The position numbers and the translations under genes are program-made. A stretch of 64,000 nt of DNA, from NCBI GenBank assembly GCA_034004025.1, contig JAVEXM010000001.1, positions 4,203 to 68,202 of the forward strand, written 5' to 3'. This stretch comes from Bacteroidales bacterium. GTDB lineage: Bacteria; Bacteroidota; Bacteroidia; Bacteroidales; VadinHA17. The notes under the pieces are model-generated. The model had not been told where the DNA came from and did not search any database. It saw nothing but the letters and a program-made list of their open reading frames with translations. Shown piece after piece: positions 55,896-64,000 of this stretch. The number at the start of each line of letters is the position of its first letter. Position 1 is the stretch's first letter.

Positions 55896-56597
55896 ATGGA
55901 ACTTCTTCAAAGGCTTCTTGAGAATTCACAGTACTCGTTTATCACGGCGGCAATCCTTGGGCTGATGACTGCCATCAGCCCATGCCCGCTGGCTACCAAT
56001 ATTTCGGCAATAGGTTTTATCAGCCGTGATCTTACTGACCGGAGAAGGGTTTTTCTCAACGGACTCGTTTATACCCTTGGAAGAGCCATAACATATGTCG
56101 GTATTGCGTTGATCATATTCTTTGGCGCCAGCCAGATGGATATCTCCGGCTGGTTCCAGAGATGGGGAGAGAAACTGCTGGGCCCGGTTCTGATTCTGAT
56201 AGGTCTGTTTATGCTCGACATCATAAAACTAAAGCTTCCGGGCGGCATGGGATCATTTACGGAGAAGATAGGGGAGAGGGGCAGAAAGAGTTATCTGAAC
56301 ACCCTGCTTCTTGGAATTCTGTTTGCAATGGCCTTTTGCCCCTACAGCGGAGTTTTGTACTTCGTAATGCTGATACCTATGACAGTAGCCAGTGCTGACG
56401 GACTCTATCTGCCCCTGATCTTTGCAATCGCAACCGGTATTCCTGTGATCATCTTTGCATGGCTTCTGGCCTATGCGGTTGGCAACGTAGGCAAGATGTA
56501 CAGCAGGATCAGGACATTTGAACTCTGGTTCAGAAGAGTTGTGGCGGTACTGTTCATTGGCGTAGGAATCTATTACATTATAATAACCTACCTGTAA
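55896..56597 (+). CDS. CcdA/DsbD-family thiol-disulfide transfer membrane protein (family also annotated as ArsG-like)
   Basis: 233 aa with about 6 TM helices and two membrane-embedded Cys in SPCPL and FCPYS contexts. Confidence 0.75.
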   Translation: MELLQRLLENSQYSFITAAILGLMTAISPCPLATNISAIGFISRDLTDRRRVFLNGLVYTLGRAITYVGIALIIFFGASQMDISGWFQRWGEKLLGPVLILIGLFMLDIIKLKLPGGMGSFTEKIGERGRKSYLNTLLLGILFAMAFCPYSGVLYFVMLIPMTVASADGLYLPLIFAIATGIPVIIFAWLLAYAVGNVGKMYSRIRTFELWFRRVVAVLFIGVGIYYIIITYL

Positions 56598-56613
56598 AAA
56601 AAATTAAAAATGC

Positions 56614-56633
56614 ATTTCGGGTTTTTACGAAAT
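56614..56633. promoter_or_regulatory. inverted-repeat box 3 (ATTTCG-N8-CGAAAT), candidate ArsR operator
   Basis: atttcg ggttttta cgaaat, ending 19 nt before the ATG at 56653. Confidence 0.6.
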
Positions 56634-56652
56634 AAAAATCTTTAAAATAATA

Positions 56653-57996
56653 ATGGAACTCAGGAAAGAACTGAAGATCCTTCTGTGGATCATTGTGGTA
56701 TTTGTATTCGCGTTCTTCATGCCGATTGAAAGCGCCCGTTTCAACACGGCGATTGCTGCGACTTTCGATCTGGTCAGGTGGTATGCCCGGGAACATGTGA
56801 TATTATGCCTCCTGCCGGCATTCTTTATTGCAGGTGTCATCTCGGTATTTGTCAGCCAGGGATCGGTTATCAAATATTTTGGTGCGAATGCGAAGAAGTG
56901 GCTGGCCTATTCTGTGGCTGCCGTTTCCGGTACGATCCTGGCAGTCTGCTCATGTACTATCCTCCCGCTGTTTTCAAGCATCCACAAGCGCGGTGCCGGC
57001 CTCGGCCCGGCAATTGCCTTCCTCTATTCCGGCCCTGCAATCAATATCCTGGCAATCATTCTGACGGCCCGTATCCTGGGGTTTGAGATGGGTGTTGCGC
57101 GAGTCATAGGAGCCGTGGTTTTCAGCGTGGTGATAGGAGTGATAATGTCACTGATCTATCGTAAGGAAGAGCAGCAGAAAAGAGAGGATCAGATGAACAT
57201 AGTTGCTGAGCCGGAGAAAAGGCCTATGTGGCAGACAATGACGCACTTCTTTACCCTTGTCATCATCCTGGTCTTTGCAAACTGGGGCAGCCCGGCTGCT
57301 GACGATACTTCAAGTGCATGGTACTATATCTGGTCCTATAAGTGGTACATCACCGGTTTCTTCAGCCTGGTGCTCGGGTGGTCACTGATCAGGATCCTTA
57401 AGATCAAATGGCACTGGGTTCTGGCCGCAGCGGCAGTAACCGTAATTTCGGTGCTCCTTTCGAACGCCTTCATTGAAAGTGCGAAGCTGAGACCACTGGT
57501 GCCCATGGTTGTGGGGATAGCAGCATTAAGCATTATTACGCTCTTCGATAAGCAGGATGATGAGAACCGTGAGTGGACACTCTCAACATGGGGTTTCGCC
57601 AAACAGATAATGCCCCTCCTTGCAATCGGGGTTGTGATTGCCGGTTTTCTCCTTGGGTCGACCCATGACGGCCAGAGTATCCCCGGGATTATACCGAATG
57701 AATGGATCGCAAAACTCGTTGGCGGCAACTCGGTATTCTCAAACTTCTTTGCATCAATAGTAGGTGCCTTCATGTACTTTGCCACACTCACAGAAGTGCC
57801 GATACTTCAGGGACTGATAGCCTCCGGTATGGGTAAGGGCCCTGCCCTGGCCCTGCTCCTTGCCGGGCCTTCGCTTTCTTTGCCTAATATGTTGGTTATC
57901 AGAGGTATTATTGGAAATCAGAAAACGGCAGTATACGTTGCCCTGGTTGTTGTTATGGCGACAATATCAGGCCTTATGTATGGATCAATCTTTTAA
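56653..57996 (+). CDS. polytopic permease (UPF0718 / ArsP-like permease family)
   Basis: 447 aa, multi-TM, with AVCSCTILPLF (a CxC in a TM helix) as in this permease family. Confidence 0.7.
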   Translation: MELRKELKILLWIIVVFVFAFFMPIESARFNTAIAATFDLVRWYAREHVILCLLPAFFIAGVISVFVSQGSVIKYFGANAKKWLAYSVAAVSGTILAVCSCTILPLFSSIHKRGAGLGPAIAFLYSGPAINILAIILTARILGFEMGVARVIGAVVFSVVIGVIMSLIYRKEEQQKREDQMNIVAEPEKRPMWQTMTHFFTLVIILVFANWGSPAADDTSSAWYYIWSYKWYITGFFSLVLGWSLIRILKIKWHWVLAAAAVTVISVLLSNAFIESAKLRPLVPMVVGIAALSIITLFDKQDDENREWTLSTWGFAKQIMPLLAIGVVIAGFLLGSTHDGQSIPGIIPNEWIAKLVGGNSVFSNFFASIVGAFMYFATLTEVPILQGLIASGMGKGPALALLLAGPSLSLPNMLVIRGIIGNQKTAVYVALVVVMATISGLMYGSIF

Positions 57997-58103
57997 TTTA
58001 ATTACCATCCCGGACAAAAAAGTCCAGGGACCGGGATGCACTCACTGCGCCAGGCTTTAAAAAGTTTTAACTCTTTTGACAGGTCTGTTACATCAGAAGT
58101 AAT

Positions 58104-58111
58104 TACATTTG
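58104..58111 (+). promoter_or_regulatory. Bacteroidota -7 promoter motif (TAnnTTTG) upstream of the His-rich ORF / RND operon
   Basis: TACATTTG at 58104-58111, 17 nt upstream of the TTG at 58128. Confidence 0.45.
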
Positions 58112-58127
58112 CCGAATATATTGATAC

Positions 58128-58508
58128 TTGCGTAAAGGAAGAAAGATAAAGAGCTGGTTATTATTTCTCTGTTGGCTGGTAATATTTGCTCACGGCATTA
58201 TTCCACATAACCATGCGCAGCACAGTCATCTGTTGCTGCACACACATATGCATGCATCTGTGTGCAATCATGACGTGGAGGAGCCTTCCGATGAGTTTCA
58301 GAATAAGTGTGACGATACGCCTGTCTGCAGGATCTCCGGACTGCTGTTCCATCAGCTATCGCAGGATAACCTTCCTCCACCATCAGATGCCCCTGACCTG
58401 ATATCCCCCGCATGGACGAAGGGATCAGCGGTAGTCAATACTGATCAGTTCTTTTACAGGGAACTCCCTCCGGGGTCAGTATCGTTGCGCGCTCCACCGT
58501 CAGCATAA
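58128..58508 (+). CDS. hypothetical membrane-anchored His-rich small protein (TTG start)
   Basis: 126 aa. It has one N-terminal TM helix (WLLFLCWLVIFAHG), then HGIIPHNHAQHSHLLLHTHMHASVCNHD. There is no in-frame ATG near the 5' end. The promoter motif just upstream supports expression. Confidence 0.45.
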   Translation: MRKGRKIKSWLLFLCWLVIFAHGIIPHNHAQHSHLLLHTHMHASVCNHDVEEPSDEFQNKCDDTPVCRISGLLFHQLSQDNLPPPSDAPDLISPAWTKGSAVVNTDQFFYRELPPGSVSLRAPPSA

Positions 58509-58567
58509 TCCGCGACCTGCGGTCTCTTCAATCCATCTTTTTACTGAATTTTTAAATATGCTGACAA

Positions 58568-59830
58568 ATGAAATCCATATTATATATGTTTTTTGTCCTG
58601 CTCCTGGCAGGATTCACCGCATGTGCCCCGAAGTCTGATCCCGGTCATAAATCAGATGAGGAACATGACCATGAGACTGTAACCACCGGTGCCCATGAGG
58701 ATGAACATGACCATGCGACTCTCACCACCGGTGCAGACGGGGATGAACATGACCATGCGACTCTCACCACCGGTGCGGACGGGGATGAATATGACCATAC
58801 AACTCTCGCCACCGGTGCGGATGATCATGAAACTGCGCATTTTGAGATCCTGACTATCACGAGGCAACCATTTTCTTTTGTTTTGAAGACCGGAGGCCGG
58901 ATCATGGCCGATAACCGGGATCTGGTCACGATCACTTCCAAATCATCAGGACTGGTGAAGTTCAGTGAGGATTTTTTACTTCCGGGAGTGAAGGTTGCGC
59001 GAGGAGAGTCGCTCTTTACCGTTGCCGGCGAACAGCTGGCAGATGATAACACGGATCTTAGATTCCGGCAGATCAAGTCTGATCTGGACCGTGCCAGAAT
59101 GAATTTTGAAAGGGCCGAAAAGCTTATTGTCGAAAAGATAATAACAGAAGAACATTACCTTACGGTGAGGAATGAGTATGAAAAGATTCGTAGCGAGTAT
59201 GATAATATTGCGGCCACATACAGTACGGGTGGGAGCAGGATAATCGCGCCGGCTGATGGCTACATTCGCGACATTCATGTTGCCGAGGGTCAGAAGGTCA
59301 CTGCAGGTCAGCCTCTGGCAACGGTGATATCAGGGCGCAGGCTTGTTCTCAGGGCTGATGTCAGGCCCGATGACCTCTCCACCGTTACATCAGTGGTGAG
59401 TGCCAATTTCCGGGTTGGGTACAGTGACAAAATATTCAAAACCGTTGATATGAACGGCCGTAAGATATCCTACGGCAAGAGTACGGGTGAGAGTTCTTTC
59501 TTAATCCCTGTCTACTTCAGTATTGATTATGACCCGGAGCTTATCGAGGGGACATATGCTGAGGTTTATCTCATCGGCAGACAGACAACTGATGCCTTGA
59601 CGGTCCCTGACAGTGCGCTTATGGAGGAGTTCGGAAGACTCTACGTGTTTGTGGAGCATGAAGATGGCGATTTTGGCAAGAGGTACATCACCGCCGGCTA
59701 CAGTGACGGGGAAAAGACCCTGGTGCTTTCAGGGCTTACTGAGGGTGAACGTATAGTTGCTTCAGACACTTACCTGGTCAAGTTGTCTCAGATGTCTTCC
59801 TCTGCGCCGGCACACAGTCACACCCATTAA
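58568..59830 (+). CDS. efflux RND transporter periplasmic adaptor (membrane fusion) lipoprotein with a His/Asp-rich N-terminal repeat
   Basis: 420 aa with the lipobox LLAGFTAC. The coiled-coil/barrel-sandwich body is typical of CzcB/CusB-like adaptors, and it is followed by a CzcA/CusA-type gene. Confidence 0.85.
   Translation: MKSILYMFFVLLLAGFTACAPKSDPGHKSDEEHDHETVTTGAHEDEHDHATLTTGADGDEHDHATLTTGADGDEYDHTTLATGADDHETAHFEILTITRQPFSFVLKTGGRIMADNRDLVTITSKSSGLVKFSEDFLLPGVKVARGESLFTVAGEQLADDNTDLRFRQIKSDLDRARMNFERAEKLIVEKIITEEHYLTVRNEYEKIRSEYDNIAATYSTGGSRIIAPADGYIRDIHVAEGQKVTAGQPLATVISGRRLVLRADVRPDDLSTVTSVVSANFRVGYSDKIFKTVDMNGRKISYGKSTGESSFLIPVYFSIDYDPELIEGTYAEVYLIGRQTTDALTVPDSALMEEFGRLYVFVEHEDGDFGKRYITAGYSDGEKTLVLSGLTEGERIVASDTYLVKLSQMSSSAPAHSHTH
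58655..58822 (+). repeat. in-frame 42-bp x4 tandem repeat encoding (D/G)(D/E)EHDH(A/E)T(L/V)TTGA(D/H)
   Basis: Units are DEEHDHETVTTGAH, EDEHDHATLTTGAD, GDEHDHATLTTGAD and GDEYDHTTLATGAD (aa 30-85 of the adaptor). Confidence 0.9.
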
Positions 59831-59841
59831 TCTGATTGACA

Positions 59842-62800
59842 ATGCTTGATAAAATAATTGACTTTTCCTTAAGGAACAGGCTGAGCATCGTTATAGGAGC
59901 TCTTCTGCTGATCATAACCGGTACTGTAGTCACAACCCGGATGGAGATCGATATCTTCCCCGAGCTGACGGCCCCCACTGTTGTAGTAATGACCGAGGCC
60001 AGCGGTATGGCACCGGAAGAGGTTGAAACACTGGTCTCATTCCCTATAGAAACGGCAGTCAACGGAGCAACTTCTATAAGGCGTGTAAGATCTACGTCAA
60101 CAATGGGTTTTTCGATTGTATTCGTCGAATTCGACTGGGGGACGGATATCTACAAAGCACGGCAGACAGTGGCAGAACGCCTTATCCAGGCAAACGCCAA
60201 ACTGCCTGAAGGGATTGAAAAGCCGGTCATTGCCCCGCAGACATCACTTCTGGGTGAGATGATGATCATTGCACTTGAATCGGATACGCTGACTCCCATG
60301 GAGCTCAGAACGATGGCTGACTGGACCGTGGCACCCAGACTGCTTGCAGTCGGAGGAGTGGCACAGGTAAATGTGATTGGCGGGGATATAAAGGAATATC
60401 AGATCCTTGCAGATCCCCTAAAGATGGATTTCTTCGGAGTAACCATGAGTGAACTGGTTGAGGCTAGCAAAGGGCTGAATACCAACACTTCAGGGTCATT
60501 CATCAATCAATACGGCAACAAGTATATCGTCAGAGGCATGGCGAGAAGCGACCGGCTTTCCGATCTGGCTAATTCGGTCATTAAAGTGTCGGGAAGCACG
60601 CCTGTCAGAATAGGTGACATCGCTTCAGTTGAAATCGGCAGTGCTCCTGCTATAGGAACGGCATCTTACCGCGGAAGAAGTGCAGTGCTGTTGACGGTTA
60701 CAAGACAGCCTGATGCAAACACCGTGGCCCTGGCCGACAATATTGGTGCAGTTATCAATGACATACAGTCCAATGCAGGCTCATCGGTCACTTTTCACGA
60801 TGATATATACAACCAGGCAGAATTCATTAATACCTCCGTCAGGAATGTGCTGAAGGCGCTGCTTGAAGGCGGAATATTCGTGGTAATCATTCTGTTTCTT
60901 TTCCTCTTCAATGTCAGGACTACCGTCATCTCTCTTCTTGCAATGCCGCTGTCGCTTCTTGTGGCCGTTATCACCCTTAAAGCTCTTGGCTATACGGTTA
61001 ATACAATGAGTCTTGGCGGTATGGCCATAGCGATCGGGTCATTGGTTGATGACGCGATCATTGACGTTGAGAACATATACAGGCAACTGCGCAAAAACGT
61101 TCTTTTACCTCCGGAAAAAAGGGAGCCAACAACAAGGGTTGTTTTCAGGGCATCATCTGAAGTAAGATCGTCAATCTGGAATGCCACGCTTATTATCATC
61201 ATTACATTTGTTCCGCTGTTTTTCCTTGGTGATCTTGAGGGAAGAATGCTGAGACCGCTGGGGATTTCCTTCATTGTATCTTTGTTTGCCTCGCTTATTG
61301 TTGCTGTCACTCTGACGCCGGTATTGAGCAGTTATTTTCTCACTGATGAAAAACGACTTCTGCGGGCAGTGAACGGCTCGTGGACTGAAAGGAATCTGGG
61401 CAGAATCTACCGCAGGGCACTTCAATTCACCTTAAACAGAAGCAGATGGCTGATAGGACTGACGGCAGCCCTCTTCCTGATATCCGTTTTGATGCTTTCA
61501 AGAGCAGGAAGTTCCTTTCTCCCAAACTTCAATGAGGGGGCGCTGACTGTAAACATATCACTCACTCCCGGCGTATCGCTGGAGGAGTCGGCCAGGATAG
61601 GCGTCAGGGCACAGGAAATATTGCTCGGTATTCCCGAAGTCACCACCGTAGCCTGCAAGACGGGGAGGGCCGAACTGGCCGAGCATTTCTTCGGTGAGAA
61701 TATGTCCGAACTGGATGTTCCCTTTGTGCTTGCCGACAGAAGCAGGGAGGAGTTTTTTGCAGATGTCCGTGAGAGACTCCGGCAAATACCCGGTGCAAGC
61801 ATAGAAGTCGGACAGCCCATAACCCACAGGATGGACAGGATGCTGTCAGGTACCAAGGCTAACATTGCCATCAAGCTTTTCGGAGATGATCTTAACGATC
61901 TTTACTCAACGGCAAACCTCATTAAATCTGAAATTGAAGATATTCCCGGAATAGGCGACCTGAACGTGGAGCAACTGATTGAAACGCCGCAGCTGAAAAT
62001 AAAACCTCGCCGGGAGATGCTTGCAAACTACGGCATTGACATGAACAGCTTTAACTCTTATATAACCTATGCTATAGGGGGACAGGCTGTATCCGATGTT
62101 TATGAAGAGGAGAGGCGGTTCCCGATAGTTGTCAGGCTGGATGATGAATACAGGGGCACAATGGAAGGTATCCGCAGCTCACTCATCGATACTCATGACG
62201 GCAGGAAAGTGCCACTGTCATCTGTTGCCGATATAGAATCCTCATCGGGACCCTCTTCAATCAACCGTGAGAATGTAAAGCGGAGGATCGTCATCTCGGT
62301 CAATACTGACGGGCGCGACGTAGGCAGTGTGGTTCGGGATATCAGGGAGAGGATAAACGAAGAGGTAACGCTGCCCCGGAATTACCACATTGAGTACGGC
62401 GGACAGTTTGAAAGCGCAGAAAATGCCGCCAGACGACTGTTGGCAACATCGGTGATCGCACTTCTCGTCATATTTTTGATCCTTTACCAGGAGTTTAAGA
62501 ACAGTTCCCTGGCTCTGATTGTGCTCCTGAACCTTCCGCTGGCCCTTATTGGCGGGATAATTGCCATTAAGCTCTCGTCCAATGTTGTGAGTATACCCTC
62601 AATTATCGGATTCATCACACTTTTCGGCATCGCTACCAGGAACGGCATACTGTTGATCTCAAGATATATTCACCTCAAGCAGGAGGGGAGGACTCTTCGT
62701 GAACGGATTATTTCCGGGTCGACTGACAGGCTCAACGCGATACTGATGACAGCCCTGACAGCGGCGCTGGCCCTTATACCCCTTGCCATTGGAGGAGACA

Positions 62801-62931
62801 GGCCGGGTAATGAGATACAGAGCCCGATGGCCATCGTGATTCTCGGAGGACTGCTCAGCTCAACACTGCTGAATGTTTTCATAATTCCTTCAGCCTATTA
62901 TCTAATTGAAAAAAGAGACAGAAATGATTAA
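59842..62931 (+). CDS. CusA/CzcA family heavy-metal efflux RND transporter
   Basis: About 1029 aa. The N-terminal MLDKIIDFSLRNRLSIVIGALLL is typical, it has 12 TM helices and two large periplasmic loops, and it sits in adaptor-pump-OMF gene order. Confidence 0.9.
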   Translation: MLDKIIDFSLRNRLSIVIGALLLIITGTVVTTRMEIDIFPELTAPTVVVMTEASGMAPEEVETLVSFPIETAVNGATSIRRVRSTSTMGFSIVFVEFDWGTDIYKARQTVAERLIQANAKLPEGIEKPVIAPQTSLLGEMMIIALESDTLTPMELRTMADWTVAPRLLAVGGVAQVNVIGGDIKEYQILADPLKMDFFGVTMSELVEASKGLNTNTSGSFINQYGNKYIVRGMARSDRLSDLANSVIKVSGSTPVRIGDIASVEIGSAPAIGTASYRGRSAVLLTVTRQPDANTVALADNIGAVINDIQSNAGSSVTFHDDIYNQAEFINTSVRNVLKALLEGGIFVVIILFLFLFNVRTTVISLLAMPLSLLVAVITLKALGYTVNTMSLGGMAIAIGSLVDDAIIDVENIYRQLRKNVLLPPEKREPTTRVVFRASSEVRSSIWNATLIIIITFVPLFFLGDLEGRMLRPLGISFIVSLFASLIVAVTLTPVLSSYFLTDEKRLLRAVNGSWTERNLGRIYRRALQFTLNRSRWLIGLTAALFLISVLMLSRAGSSFLPNFNEGALTVNISLTPGVSLEESARIGVRAQEILLGIPEVTTVACKTGRAELAEHFFGENMSELDVPFVLADRSREEFFADVRERLRQIPGASIEVGQPITHRMDRMLSGTKANIAIKLFGDDLNDLYSTANLIKSEIEDIPGIGDLNVEQLIETPQLKIKPRREMLANYGIDMNSFNSYITYAIGGQAVSDVYEEERRFPIVVRLDDEYRGTMEGIRSSLIDTHDGRKVPLSSVADIESSSGPSSINRENVKRRIVISVNTDGRDVGSVVRDIRERINEEVTLPRNYHIEYGGQFESAENAARRLLATSVIALLVIFLILYQEFKNSSLALIVLLNLPLALIGGIIAIKLSSNVVSIPSIIGFITLFGIATRNGILLISRYIHLKQEGRTLRERIISGSTDRLNAILMTALTAALALIPLAIGGDRPGNEIQSPMAIVILGGLLSSTLLNVFIIPSAYYLIEKRDRND

Positions 62932-64000
62932 GAAACTATTCATACTGGCAGTGGTCATTTTTATCTCGGGACCGCTGTCAGCACAATCAATTACGGAATT
63001 CCTGGAGAGGGTTTCTGAAAACAATCCCGGCATTACCGCATACAGAAAACTCCTTGAAGCAAGACGAGCTGAAGCCCGTACCGGGAATACTCCATCGGAT
63101 CCGTTCGTGTCTGGCGGTTTTATGCCGGGGAACAGTGATGCGGCGGGTGATAAAAAGACCTGGTCGGTATCACAGTCTTTCGATTTCCCGACAAAATACC
63201 TGCTTCAGAAGAAAATTAACAACAGCACCATTCTTCTTGCAGAACAGGAGTTTAACCTGGGGAGGATGAATACGCTGCTCGAAGCTGAACTTACACTCTT
63301 CGACCTTATTTATAATACAAAGGCTCTTGATAAACTGTTGGAAAGAAAAAAGGGATATGAAATGCTCCGGTCGGCATGGGAAAAAATGCTGGAAAACGGC
63401 GAGGCAACCATAATGGATTACAACAACATATTACTCGAACTTTCTGTCGTGAGCCTCGAAATCAACAGGAGAGAATCGGAACGGGAGATGCTCATGGAAA
63501 AACTTAATTACATGAGCGGATCGGATGCGGGCGAAATCAGATATGCTGATTACCCTGTTCATACACTGCCTGATCTTGAGCTTCTGATCACCGCGAAATC
63601 AGAATATCACCCGGCCTTTCTCATTCCTGAGCTTGAGTACAGTATCAGTCTTCAGGAATTCAGTCTGAGCAGGAGCGCTGCTCTTCCTGCATTTCAGGTT
63701 GGTTACGGATCGGAAATCGTTGCCGGTACGGCGTACACAGGCCCGGTTGCCGGACTGAGTATTCCGCTCTGGGCCAATTCAAACAGGGTCAGATCGGCAT
63801 CGGCTGCTGCTGATTATTCAGCTGCATTGCGGGATGCAACGGTACAAAAACTTAAATCGGAAACAAAAAATGAATATTACAATGCAATGGCATTGCAAAA
63901 AAGTTTTTATGAGATCAGGGAGCTGATCTCATCAGGGGGTGGCACAAAGTACCCCGACAAAGCCCTTGAGGCAGGAGAAATATCTGTTATAAACTATTTC
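62924..64000 (+). CDS. TolC-family outer membrane efflux protein (3' end lies outside the window)
   Basis: The ATG at 62924 overlaps the pump stop by 8 nt. The signal peptide is MIKKLFILAVVIFISGPLSAQS. I translated the frame by hand and it stays open to nt 64000 (359 codons), with content like helical OMF repeats. Confidence 0.8.
   Translation, partial: MIKKLFILAVVIFISGPLSAQSITEFLERVSENNPGITAYRKLLEARRAEARTGNTPSDPFVSGGFMPGNSDAAGDKKTWSVSQSFDFPTKYLLQKKINNSTILLAEQEFNLGRMNTLLEAELTLFDLIYNTKALDKLLERKKGYEMLRSAWEKMLENGEATIMDYNNILLELSVVSLEINRRESEREMLMEKLNYMSGSDAGEIRYADYPVHTLPDLELLITAKSEYHPAFLIPELEYSISLQEFSLSRSAALPAFQVGYGSEIVAGTAYTGPVAGLSIPLWANSNRVRSASAAADYSAALRDATVQKLKSETKNEYYNAMALQKSFYEIRELISSGGGTKYPDKALEAGEISVINYF

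Noticed and set aside
58007-58037. The inverted repeat ATCCCGG-N17-CCGGGAT after the permease gene, considered as a terminator
   Set aside because: The stem is only 7 bp with a 17-nt loop and no following T-run. It is plausible, but too weak to list as a feature.
54647-64000. The metal(loid) resistance cluster (arsR through the RND/TolC genes) read as a horizontally acquired genomic island
   Set aside because: No integrase, transposase, tRNA attachment site or flanking direct repeats are visible. By eye the composition is only slightly more AT-rich than the rest, and the right-hand boundary lies outside the window.

Overview
This is a 64-kb chromosomal segment that reads as Bacteroidota. The evidence for that is a SusC/SusD pair, TAnnTTTG -7 promoter motifs close to several start codons, and DUF3822-RsmD and serC-serA-DUF1015 synteny. 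I count roughly 58 tightly packed protein-coding genes on both strands. Most are housekeeping: rfbACD plus a phosphosugar mutase, rpsA, rnz, guaA, clpB, gcvT, serC/serA, zwf-pgl, and pntAA-AB-B. I saw no rRNA, tRNA, CRISPR array, transposase or integrase. All family calls come from motif and architecture recognition by eye; no HMM or BLAST search was possible.

The strongest candidates for something undescribed are:
1. A four-gene minus-strand operon (40864-46243). It encodes a periplasmic PBP-like domain fused through one TM helix to a cytoplasmic GcvH-like domain, a histidine kinase whose periplasmic loop carries CXXCH and CX4CH motifs, an NtrC-type sigma-54 activator, and an archaemetzincin. 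A 27% GC, ORF-free region of about 460 bp lies upstream.
2. A family of CAGT-core 6/7-nt microsatellite arrays within 0-13 nt of stop codons at three loci (about 1.5 kb, 9.9 kb and 52 kb). Two of the three have internal inverted symmetry.
3. A thrice-repeated ATTTCG-N8-CGAAAT box in front of an ArsR / CXXC-protein / CcdA-like / CSC-permease cluster, which abuts a heavy-metal RND efflux operon with His-rich repeats.
4. An apparently exported glutamate-racemase-like lipoprotein paired with an exported C26 gamma-glutamyl peptidase-like protein.

Smaller oddities are an acidic 27-bp x6 repeat extension on ribosomal protein S1, an orphan SiaB/SiaC-like pair, an Hpt-STAS bicistron, and a 1024-aa fused ABC protein with unassigned extensions.
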